Assembly (NCBI RefSeq): GCF_036321535.1
Contig: NC_087437.1
Coordinates: 42,906,001 to 42,970,000 of the forward strand
Direction of reading: 5' to 3'
DNA from: Camelus dromedarius
Taxonomy: Eukaryota
Length of the DNA stretch: 64,000 bases
Each line of letters begins with the position of its first letter. Within the stretch, counting starts at the first letter, position 1. The notes beneath the pieces were generated by a model. The model made no database searches and was not told the DNA's origin. It saw only the letters and a list, made by a program, of their open reading frames with translations. This document shows, piece by piece, positions 13,201 through 24,644 of the stretch. Made by a program: the position numbers and the translations under genes.

Positions 13201-14129
13201 TTTTCCTGACACATTGACTGCTCCTCGTTCCAGGTTACCAGCTGCAAAAATGAGAACTCATTCTGCACAACTTTCCTTCTCTGTATGTGGATTCCCTACA
13301 AGAATCTGCTTGCTTCTCTTTACTATAAAGTCCCATTATGTAACTGCTTTTTTGTATTATGTCCAAGAGTTTATAAATATTACCTTCAGGAAAGTCAATC
13401 TAATAAGATCTTACATAGCCATTACCAAAAGCCAGTTCTTCATATTTCTTAAAAATACTAGTGTCAATTTAGAAGATAAATTTATTCAGGACATTAACTC
13501 TGTATCCTTTCCTCCACATATTTAAGTCAAATTGTCTCTATAAGATGCGCTAGAAACTCAGTCCTCAATTGACCTTTCTCCAGCTGCAGCTTTGATTGCC
13601 TCTCTTTCTCTCTGTGTCTCTGTCTCTGTCTCTCTTTCTCCTCTATGCTTATTGAGGTTTTGGGCAATTCTTGACATCAGATATACTAACTTCTTTTAAT
13701 TGACAACACAGAACACCTGAACTTTACACATTTGCCAGTGATTTCCAGCTCAAGTGGTTTTTTCCTGAATTCATATTAAATACAAACCTGAACCAACTTA
13801 TATTTGAAAGCCATTTCCTCATATCTGTTCATTCCTTTTATGTTCAGGAGGATAATTCAGTGTGTAAGTTAATTGAATTTGAAATCAGGGGACATAGTTT
13901 CGAATTTAAACTGTTAGGCCAAAGATCTAGTAACTTTACCCCTGAGTCTTAGTTTTTCCATCGACGAGACAGGTATACTAAAAATTCCTCTGTCATAAAA
14001 ATGTGATTGTCCGTACCATTTATCTAGTTGCTCCTGGTCAAAAATAAAAAAATCTTTTAAATTTTTTCTCATGTTCCAATGCTCATCAGTTTCCAAGTTT
14101 TTCTTGTGTAACACACTGCTTTTAATTAG

Positions 14130-14720
14130 TTTCTTCTTTCGTTGTTACTGCGTAAAGCAGACACCTCACCTCTTTTGGGTACTGTTGCAATAATTTCACA
14201 ACTGGTTCCCCTGCCTTTGGTCTTATCTCTTTTTCCAAATCCATTCCCCATGCTGCTACAGACAGACTTTTCTAAAAGGTATATATGATCACACTACTTT
14301 GCTGAATGCCCTCCACTGTCCCTGCCTGAAGGTCAGGTCCAAACTTCATTTTCTGACACACAAGTCTTTTCATTATCTGACCCTGCTTACATACAACCTC
14401 AGTTTTTGTTTGTTTGTTTTTGTTTTTTGCTGCTCCTCTATGTGCCTTCCATGCTTCAGCTAAACTGAACTGCTTGCCTGCAGTAACACATTTTGCACCC
14501 TTGTGAGCTCATGCCTTTACACATGTTGCTCCTCTGCTCGGAATGTCCTTCCTTTGAAAGTCCTTTTATATCGTGTGTGAAGGCATCATGTTGTCTAGGG
14601 ATGATCCTACTCAGAGAACTGTAAGTGGGAAGGGACCACATCTCATCTCTTTTGATCCTTCAGTAATGAAATAAGAGGTACAGATAGGCACTCAAAAGAT
14701 TGGTGAGTGAGAATTCATTT
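14130..14720 (+). mobile_element. L2 3' region
   Basis: ccaaatccattccccatgctgct...ttctaaaa...tgatcacactact...gcctttacacatgttgctcctctgctcggaatgtcctt...ataggcactcaa. Confidence 0.7.
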
Positions 14721-15229
14721 ATTGAATAATATAAAGCAGTCTTGACTTACTTAAGAACCAACTACATGGTATATTATAAATGTGATTTTAGGTTTTTATA
14801 ACTGCTTTTATAAATTTCAAATTTTTTAACAACAACAAAATAATTTTAGAACCTGAGAAAAAGAACCTTACCTACATACACTGTTTAAAATAGTAAAATT
14901 CTGGCAAATGAGCAAATGTGAAATCTAAGTTATATGTAGTAAAATATTTTTGGCTCCCAAAGGAACAGAGATCTTTGGAAGTATGGTATCTCTGCTTTGT
15001 GAACACGTTTGAGGCTAATAATGCCCATCCTAAACATTATCTCAAAAAAGCAGGGACCTATGTCCTTTTATTATGGCTTAAAGTATTTTCAGTAAGACAT
15101 ACATTTAAAATATATAACTTTCAAGAATACCTGAACACATTCCTATGCTTTTATGTTCAATTCTTGGCTGACGTCAGAGATAGTCTGTAATCATGCCCCC
15201 AAAACTGCTGTTAGTGAATCAAGTTGACT

Positions 15230-15720
15230 GCATTCATTTCATTTGTTCATTCAGCTATTGGCAGACCACCACAATGAGTTAGGCATACTTTTAGGTGCTT
15301 GTCTTACAGCAGTAAACAAAACAGACTAAATACCTGATTTCATGGTACTTACCTTCTGGTGAGGAGAAACAAATAATAAACAATATAATCAGGTTATAAT
15401 AAGTATTCTGAAGCAAATATAAGAAGTTAAGAAGACAGAATAAATAAGGACAAAAATACTATTTTAGATAGTGGAATAAATGAAGACATCTCTTCAAAGT
15501 GACATCTGAGTGAAGACCTCATATGAATAAGGGAGGGGGTCATAGAGCCATTAGGTGGAAGAAAGGCTGGGAAGAGGGGATATTGACTGGAAAGTTCCCT
15601 GGGTGAGAGATCGTTTGGTATCCTGTGAACAAGCTGAGAGAGACAAGCAATCCAGATGTAATGGTAACACAAGATAGACTGTGCAGTTGCATTATGGGGG
15701 GTGCACATTAGTTACATTGA
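15230..15720 (-). mobile_element. L2 3' end, antisense
   Basis: cattcatttcatttgttcattca...cagcagtaaacaaaacagactaaatacctg...aagtgacatctgagtgaagacct. Confidence 0.75.
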
Positions 15721-17454
15721 GAGTAAATAAGGGAAAATAATTTCTGACTTAGAGGATCTTTGAGGTAATATTTTTGTAAGTAGGTAGGGATGGTGATTTG
15801 GATAGTACAAGAGAAGGAATCATTAGAATTGTCTTTGGAGACCAGCAAGTTATATCTTTTGGAAGACATGTAGAGATTAGAAAGAGAAATAATGGGTCAG
15901 AAAGCTGAATAAAGATGTGTAGGATTAAGAGTATGCTAGATTTGGATCTCAGGATAAGATGTTTGTATTTTACTTCATAGAAGATTCAGGTTCAGCATTT
16001 TCAAGAATGGTTCAATTTGGTAAAGGCTAGATAAAAAGATGGATTTGACCATGCTATGTGGACTGTTTGGGATGGAGAGGAGGTTTGTGGATACACTAGA
16101 GTTGGTGACCAGGTGGACTGTGGCCAAATGGGTACTATACACTATCAGACTATGCTGGTAATTCTAAAAGTCTGGATCTGTCTTTTCTGTATTAATAATA
16201 TTTTGTCTGTGTTATAATAAAACACTGCCGGAAAACTGAGCAGGTGGTCTACCTTGTAATGTCACAACTTGACAGATTTTGAGGCTGTATCTTTTCTTTC
16301 AGAGTTGAAATGTGAATTCTCATTACCCCTATAAACTGTTTGTCAGTATATTATTTATATTTAACCCATTTTAAATTAAATACATACGATTTATGAGAAA
16401 GGTTGCAGTAAAATTTCATCTAAACATAATATTTTAGTAATACTTTGTCTTCCCAAGCCCCTTGAAAAAGAAAAAAAAAAAAAAAAAAAAGAAGGCATGC
16501 TAACCTCTTGCTGTGAGTCTTTGGGCTTTTCCAAAAAGATGCGCAATACTCTTGCTTTTTCTTTACTTTAGCCAAGTAAAGGATAAAATGTTTAGGACAT
16601 GCCATTTATTTTTCTTTATATATAAAATTACTGGGGGGAAAATCTTCCCACTTAATGCCTTTCTGGACTGAAAGCAAACTGAGCCTAAATACTACTGTAT
16701 TGAGGTATCTGAAAATGCAATATGGTATTCTCCCTCAAGTTTAAATTCTTTTTCCAATATTTTCATTTTTATTTCTGAGAAAAGAAATTTTACCATCACA
16801 ACAATTAAGTAGTGTGCGTACACTTATGAAGTTGATTCCACCACTCCTCTGGTGATTTTTCCGCTTCTCCCACCCAATAGATTGGCTCTTTTGAACCAAT
16901 ATTTTGAGAAAATGCTAATACTTTACATATGGGTTATTTTAAGATCTCCTTCCAAAGCTACAGATGAGCAGATGTGTTTGGGCAAATTTCACAAGGTTTT
17001 TATTTGTAATTGACTTTACAAAGCGTTCTAGTATTTATTCCAAATAGTATCTAACATGGTAGGCCATAAACTCTAGGATGGTTAATGTCACAACCTGGAA
17101 GAACATACGAATCTGCGATGTAAATTGAATCCAATTTCCTACATTTTATTGATGCCTCCATCACCTATTCGTGGGTTTAATGTTTTCTTTTCTACCTTAT
17201 CTACATTTAATATGATCTCTTACACTAAAATTAGGTAATAGAAAACAGATACAGCGTTATAAGGAAAAGAGAAGGCAGGGAGGGCCTAGGAATTCACTAA
17301 TCACTAATGATTTTCCTGTTATAGGTACCATATATACAACCAAATTTCATGATGTTTTTAACACTAAGCCCAAATGTCACTATATATATATGGATGTTTG
17401 AATCAGAAGAGGAAACACATAACATTGATACTAAAAATAGAGTGAACCCTGAAA

Positions 17455-17675
17455 AATTACTTACTCATGTGCCAGATGCTTTACACACATTATTTTGGAT
17501 AATCCTCACAGCATTCCTCCAAAGTAGGTACTAGTATTATCTGCATTTTGCAGAGGTGGAATTTGAGGTTTAGGGAGATTAGGTAACATGCGCCAGGCAA
17601 TGACATATTAAGTGCAGATCCAGGATTCAAACCAGGCAGTCAGATTCCAGAGTCTTATCTCTTAATTTCATACCA
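17455..17675 (-). mobile_element. MIR SINE
   Basis: taatcctcacagc...gtaggtactagtattatctgcattttgcagagg...aggattcaaaccaggcagtcagattccagag. Confidence 0.85.
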
Positions 17676-17677
17676 AC

Positions 17678-17746
17678 AAAAGAAGAAGAAGAAGGAGAAG
17701 AAGGAGAAGAGGAGAAGAAGAAGAAGAAGGAGAAGGAGAAGAAAAG
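17678..17746 (+). repeat. (GAA/GGA)n polypurine microsatellite, 69 consecutive purines
   Basis: Read directly from the sequence. Confidence 0.95.
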
Positions 17747-19369
17747 CAAAATTTCTTGCCTTTTAACTGCTTGTGGGATCAAATGATATGGTATGGGTTT
17801 ATTTCCCTCAGGAGGTTTGATTGGGAAAGTGGAGAAAAATTGGCAAGAGGACTTGGTTCATTTGCCTGTATTTACAGATTGTTATAAACGCTGTTTATGT
17901 GACAATTCTATTGTGTTAAAATACTTGGGCTTTTTGTGAGACTAACATAAAAATGAGAAAATAGTGCCCAGCTGACAAAGTATAGCTGTGAAAAGAATAA
18001 TGAAAAAAATGCAATAGAAGTTATTTTAAATTAATCTCATACTATAAATACTAAATATTAAAAATGAAAGAAGTTCAGTCATTACTTTTAGAATTGATAC
18101 TAACCTCAGCAAATGCATTTAGAATATGGCACCCACAGCCTTGGGAAACAAGAGAGTGTACAAAAGTTTACATTCTGTAAATCACAGTGGACAACTTGAT
18201 CAGATCATCCTTATTCCTTTTTTAAGTTTGGTTCTGCAGTTGTTACAATGATATCCTCAATCAGGTTACCTTAACTATGTAGTCCCATGAAAGTTGAAAG
18301 GATTCAGATAGGTACTTTCAATTATATTGGAATAGATATTTATTTCTCATCTTTCCTAGGAAATTCCAGAGAACTCTCCAGATTCCAGAGGCCTTTCACA
18401 GGATTTAGGATTTAGACAAACAGGACATGGTAGACCTGTCACCAAGAATCAGATTCATGTTTTAGTTGAATGAAATTTCACTTTCCTGGGAGCAATATTG
18501 AAATCTAATATGTCTTCAACACATTACCTAAAGGTTACTTAAAAAAAAAGAGAGAGAGAGAAAATGGCAAAATACACTAAATTCTAAAACTAATGTCAGG
18601 AAAATGTGGTACTGGATTCCTTTTAAATAGAAGGAATGATATGCCATCTTTAAGATTATTTTTAGAAATCAGATCACATATTCTGGAACTTTAGGTTTCT
18701 TCTTCTTATTAATTAATTAATGAGTGACACTTCAGGGCAATTGCATTCTAAGTGTTGGTTATTTTAAGGTTCCTTTCTTTGACATGAATTTTACAGATTA
18801 AAGCATACATGTGAATGAGAAATATGAAGCAAGCTCTTAAATGAGTAAAAACACTTTGAGATCAAGTGTCACTGATTTTTCCTAGCAATTTCCTACTTGT
18901 GAATTTTATTATTATTATCATTACATGTTGCAATCAATTAATTCAATAGTTCTGTTGGCAGGGTCCTGTCCCCCAACTCACTTGCATTTAAAACCTACAC
19001 AGAGAAGCTGGTAAGAGATGGGTAGGTGTAAACAATGTGGTATAGTGAGTCACAACCATTACAAAAGCCAACACTGATTAGCTATGATGAATTTTTAAAG
19101 ATCACCTATCCAGCAGCAGATGTGGGTGCAGCCAGCAGGAAGAGGCCAGAGGGGCGATGCATTTATACTGCTCCCACATTCAAGACTACAACCGACACTT
19201 CAATTCAGAGCTTACTCTGCCTCTAGCTGGTGGAAACAGGAAACAGGGGCGAGTTTGGTGGCAAGGGGTCTATCAAGGGGGAAGAAAAACTGAAGAGGCA
19301 CAGTAGAAGGCTGTAGCCTCCAACTCCTCACTCTCAGTCACCAAGATGAAAACGCCTGCAAGGGGAGCA

Positions 19370-20050
19370 CAATGACGCCGAGAACATTTAAACTCATTGC
19401 GTCCGAGGCCTCATGGCTCAGCGGCCGTGCGGGTTCACTCACACGCTCCTCAGAGTGGTTTGGTGAACGTCACACGTGACGCCCGGGGCCCTTAACCCCT
19501 CCTGCCGCCGCGGGCGCTGCGGGCGCTGCGGGAGAAGGATGCTTGGTCCGGCGGGAGGAGGGTGGGAGGAGGGCGGAACTTGTAAAGGGAGGGACCAACA
19601 TCAACATCACGTCTGCCACCGCTGGATCCGCGTCCCCGAAGCCCACCCCCACTGCACTTCTCTGGCCCGGAGGAGGGGGCTTGCCTGAGAAGGAATGCTG
19701 TGCAATAAACCCTGCGAAGAGAGGGTGGCAAGGGAGGCAATCGTGCCTCTGAGGGGGCAGGATAGGGTCGGGTGGATGAATCTAGCTTGATTCAGACTCC
19801 TGCAGCCGGCAATGCCACGGAGAGACGTGGGAGACGGAGAGGAGACTGTGCTGTGTGTGTGCACGCGTGTGTGCGCGTGTGTGTGCGCGTGTCTACAGGT
19901 AGCAGCGGCGGCGGCGGCGGGGACCGGAGCAGGGGACGTATCTACAGCCACCTCCCCGCCTGTGATTTTCGGAGGCGATTGCTCACTTAGCTGACGGATC
20001 TGTACCTTCGGGAGCTCTCATCCTCTCCATTTCCACGCATCTTAGGCGTC
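19370..20050 (+). promoter_or_regulatory. CpG island / promoter, upstream lobe
   Basis: Sharp rise in CpG and GC content; CACGTG E-box 19473-19478 between CRE half-sites; GC box gggcgg 19571-19576; (GGC)n run 19905-19920. Confidence 0.85.
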
Positions 20051-20531
20051 TTCCAGTTTCAAGTGTGTGTTTGGGGTATTTTATTTTTTAATTTTTTTCC
20101 TTCTCCCTCTGTATCTTCTCGGGAATTCTGCATATTGAAGCAGGTGGCTCCTGGCATGAAATCTTTGGATACATTTGGCTTGCCAAGTTTTTCTTTTCCT
20201 GTCCCCTCCCGCTTTCAAAGGCATCTGTGGCGCTTTTCTTTTTTGGATTTATACGCAGAAAACGCATATATGTTTATATACCGACCGCGTAATATATAAA
20301 TACATATACGCTTGCCCAAGCGCTTGGTTTTCGTCTCTCTTCCCAACAAAGCGGAATGTTTTGGAGTCGATGAATAATGAGAACAGTATTAACATTCTTT
20401 TAAACCTGTTTTTTAAAAAGGGGAGGGAGAGTGAAGAATTGTTTAACATTCGGCCATCGTTTGGCTGCACACTAAGCATCACGAAATATTTATGGTTGCA
20501 GATCAGGTGCAAACGGGGCTTAGAGAGAAAG
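19830..20531 (+). other. Candidate first exon of an unidentified large gene (start approximate)
   Basis: Downstream of promoter motifs, repeat-free, ending at a near-consensus donor AAG|GTAAGG (intron begins 20532). Confidence 0.55.
19852..19892. repeat. 41-bp perfect alternating purine-pyrimidine tract (TG/CG), Z-DNA-prone
   Basis: tgtgtgtgtgcacgcgtgtgtgcgcgtgtgtgtgcgcgtgt, with unbroken Y/R alternation. Confidence 0.9.
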
Positions 20532-21239
20532 GTAAGGGAGCTTCCTGCGTCCGCCGAGCTCCGGCGTTTTTCTTAATCCCGGGGATTGCCGAGAATTTCC
20601 TATTCCCTGCCTCTCCCTCTTCTTCCCCACCTTCCACCCACCCTGCCCTGCTCTCTCCTCCTTACGCTTAACCCTTTTCCAGTTCCGTTGGGTTGAGGCG
20701 GAGGGAGGGGGTTGCTGGAGGTGTAATCGTCTGTTAGAGTTTAAATGCTTCTCCGTCTCTCTCTCTCTCACTCACTCACTCTGCCCCCCCCCCCCCATCC
20801 AGCCGAGTAACTGAGTTTCCCAATACCCTTCTAGCTATTTTAGGATGCCCATTTTGTCTTTTTTGAAAAAGAAAGCTACCTAGATGGCTGCTTTAAACAT
20901 TTCTTGGTACCAACCCCTCACCTCTATCCTTTGACAAAAATAAAAGCAATAAAAAATAATGAACTTTAATGAACTGGTTGATTTCTTTAGCACTGGGGTT
21001 CATGGAACCTCCTAAACAGTTATTTTCATTTAAAAACCAGCCGATACTTCAGGAGGACTCCACAGTCGAGGAAATTCAGCTTCCGTTTCTGCATACTGCC
21101 AATTCATTTACTTGGAGGGTCATTTGCCAGAGTTGAGCGAGATGAAACTGAGCCTAGTCTAGGAAAAACTACACGACACTTAATTCCTTTTTAAATCCAC
21201 CCTTTACACCATGACCAAACCCTGTTTAACTCCCTGTTC

Positions 21240-22340
21240 AGGGGACGCGTTTTCAGACTCGACCTTTTGGGGAGAGGTGGGAACTTGCCCTTATTTTCCC
21301 TTCTCTCCTCTCAGCCTCCTCCCGCCCCCGCTCCCCAGCTCTCGCCCTGGCAGTTTGTAAATTGCCCGTTTTGCCCACCCCCTCCTGGTGGGTGTTCTCG
21401 GCTCTTCTCCGCTCCTGCCCCCTCCGTCCTCTCTTCATTGGCGCTTTCGGAGCAGACGCATCTTCCCTTTCCCTGGGCTCCCTCTCCCGCCGGTCCCCCG
21501 CCTCCCGCCGCCTCCCGCTCCCCCCTGCGCTCCCCACCTGCCGCGGCCCGCCTCGCCCCTCCTCCCCGCCTCCCACGGCGCCGTGACCCTTCCGGCCCGA
21601 GTCCGAGTCTGCGGGCGGTGGGCGTCGTGTCTGCGCGCCGACCACCCGGCGGCCCACGCCGTGCGCGCAGCGCGGGTGTGAGGCGAGACCGCGGGGGGAG
21701 GCGAGCCGGAGTCGGGCTGAGAGGCCGGGAGAGCCTGTCCGAGCCGGAGAGACCGGGAGAGAAGGGAGAAAGCGAGTGTGAGGCGCGCACGCCGCCCGGG
21801 CTCGGGCCGACGAGTGCAGTCGCCTCCGACGCCTTAGAGCGGCGCCCCAGTCACTGCAGCTTTTCACCCTAGAGCGGTGTCCAGGGACCACAGAGAGCCG
21901 GAGCCAAGAAGTCGGCAGAGAGGTACCAAAGCCATAAGGAAAAGATTACGAGAGCGCGGGGAGGGTTTCCTGGCGAAATACGGAGGCTGAGCAGATGGAG
22001 GAACAATGCCGCCTCCACGAGAAACCCTTGCCTGAGGCCGGGGCGGAGCGCTGGGGAGCTGCCTTCAGCCTCCTGCTCTGCCCAGGCCCCCCGGCTAGTT
22101 CCGGGACTGGTTCCGCCTCGTAGTTTGACAGGGATAATAAAGTTGCTCTTTTCCACAACATTTCCAGCGGAGTGGTTTTCAGGTCTGCGTGGTTCGACTC
22201 GAGATGTCCCTCTGTAGATCCCTCGCGATGAGCAGCTAATAGATTATGCATCATGGGGCAGTCAACTCCCTTGGGCAGAGAAGCTAGTCCAAACATTTCA
22301 GACGTCTCCGTTGGCTCCTTACGGTCCAGCGCAATGCTTT
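21240..22340 (+). promoter_or_regulatory. CpG island, downstream lobe; candidate second promoter and alternative first exon
   Basis: Very GC/CpG-rich; multiple GC boxes; reverse CCAAT (attgg 21437-21441); C-rich to G-rich switch near 21650; possible donor ttt|GTGAGT at 22341. Confidence 0.8.
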
Positions 22341-24029
22341 GTGAGTAGCAATGAAAAGCCGCCTGCAGTGAATTTAAAATTATCTGTGTTGAGATTTTAA
22401 ATTAGAAATGGTTTATTCCAGAAGAGGTTGTTGGAGTGTTATAGAGATGAGGGAAATTACGTGTCTAATATTTGACTCATTTGTGATTACCCTGAATCAC
22501 TAGCAGTTGGCCTCCACAGAGATACTATACTATTTCTTTTTTCATTTCCAGGACCATGGTGATACACGTAGGACTTAGGAAGCATGAGATCAGATAGCTA
22601 ACCCTGTATATTCCTCTGCCTTTTTATGGGTACTTAATATACTCATTTTTCTTCTTCTTATATTGAAACTACAGTAGACTATTTTCGCTTAAGTAAATTA
22701 TCATGCTGTACATGAAAATTACAGTCATAATGCATTTCTCAAAAATTAATTATGCTTCATTATAAATAGGATCAAAGATATAAAAACATTACTAAAGGAA
22801 GGTATGGGTACATGTGTTTGAGTGTAAAATGTAAAAAATGTCTGGGCATTTCAATCAGCCATTGCAAACTAGTAGAACACCAGCTCTTTGAAATGAGCTC
22901 AGGAGCAAGGGCCACCATGCACGTACTTAAAATATTAAATGTTAAATACAAAAACATTAAGTTTATTGTGCCCTTGGCAGAGAATGAATCTGTCTACCTT
23001 CTCTGCCCAGTGACTGAGTGATTCACAGGGAAAGTGGAAGTTAATCATTACTGAGGCCTTGGTTTGATTAAAAAAAGTAACTGTTTTCTGTAAGCCTGCT
23101 GGTTCTACAGTCCTCTTAACATAAGCAGAAACTGAGGGAGTCAGTCTTTCAGCTGACGGTGCCAGAGTTCCTGCAGCGTGGGCTTGAGAGAAGCCCTCTT
23201 AAGCAACTCTCCTTTCCATAGTCTCCCTCCTTCCACCCCACGGTACTTTCTGTCAGTCTTTTCTTTCATTCCCTAAGTGGGGGTTCATTTTGTGAAATTT
23301 TCTTTTTATATTTAGGCATAAAATGTTTTCAAATATAAATGTCTGAATTGTTTTGAAGTTGAAGGTGGAATATAGACTCACAGAAGGTAGGCTGAGAACT
23401 CCTTTTGCTGTAGGTAGTGTTTGAAGTCTTGATGACTCTTAGCATGGTTGGCTGACTTCCCTGATTCTCTAAATTCTCTTCCAACCCTGAAATTCTCATA
23501 TTTTATTCTACTTTTATTATTTCCATATGGTTATCCAGGGGCAGGATCTATATCTTCTTTCTGATTTCCTTAAATTAGCTACAATTTTTGTAGGCTAATT
23601 AAGTAGCTACAACTAGAGAATACAGATATAATCTAAGCTTCAGTGTTATTGACAACTTTTTAAGGGGCAATATTGATATAGTAGGTATAATTGATAAAGA
23701 CCTCTGGGTTTCCATGTGTTGAAATAAACTATTTCTAATATTTTTTTTTAGCAAAGTGAAGTAATGGTTTATTTCTAGAATTTTTTTTTAATTTTTACAC
23801 AAAGGAATTATTTTATGAATTATCTAACAAATACTAACATAGTTTTTGTAAGTAAAACACAATTGGAATTAACAGTTAACATTGGAAACTGTGACAGTTC
23901 AACAGCACACTTTTACCTTATTTTAAAGTATTTTGAAGTGAAGTTTGATGTTTGTTTCCAGCCTATTAGATTAGATTGTAAATAGAAAGATATGATTCCT
24001 CAGTTATAGTTTAATTATTTGTAAATGGA

Positions 24030-24640
24030 CTCACGCAAGTCCAGTTACCAAACTTCTTATTTTTTTCTGAAACAGAGGTCTGGTCTTGCAGATCTCTTGT
24101 TAATCATGGTCAACGGCTCCTTACAGCTTGGATGCTAATGTCCAGAACTCTGAGGACTTCCAACTCTTTTTACAATTTACTCCCCAACTTACATTTTTAG
24201 ATTAAAACGCCTTCCACCTGGAACTCCTCCTCAGTTTACTCTTCATTCCATTCACGAGACTTTTCCTTATCATTTTCCTTAATACTGCACTGTATTTTAG
24301 GCTTCTGTGCTTTGCTTATACTAGTCTTCATAGATTACTTTCCAACTCCCCCAACCTCCCAACACATATACCCCCAACTATAGGATGGGAAAACCTGTTG
24401 TTTCCTTGGAGTGGTCTTTCCTCCATCACCCTGCTTCCTTCCTGTATCCGTACTTTGAGCTCCCACGCATGTCATTCATACTAGGAGTAGTCCACCTTTC
24501 ACACTTGCTGATGGTTGGCTCCCTTGCTGGAGAGTAAGATCCCAGAGGTCAAAAACCATACCTAATTTATCATTTCATTCAGAATGCTTAGCCCCATGCC
24601 TGAACATAAAATAGACAAGTGAATAATAAATGTGTATTTA
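24030..24640 (+). mobile_element. L2 fragment with 3' end
   Basis: gagtaagatcccagagg...gcttagccccatgcctgaacataaaatagacaagtgaataataaatg. Confidence 0.55.
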
Positions 24641-24644
24641 GAAA

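Noticed and set aside
21253..21891. Overlapping long ORFs (212, 201 and 159 aa) in the CpG island
   Set aside because: Low-complexity Pro/Arg/Gly/Ala frames on both strands, expected from stop-codon scarcity at very high GC; no recognisable domain.
19370..22346. Naming the host gene
   Set aside because: No coding exon is present and I do not reliably recognise the leader sequence; any symbol would be a guess.
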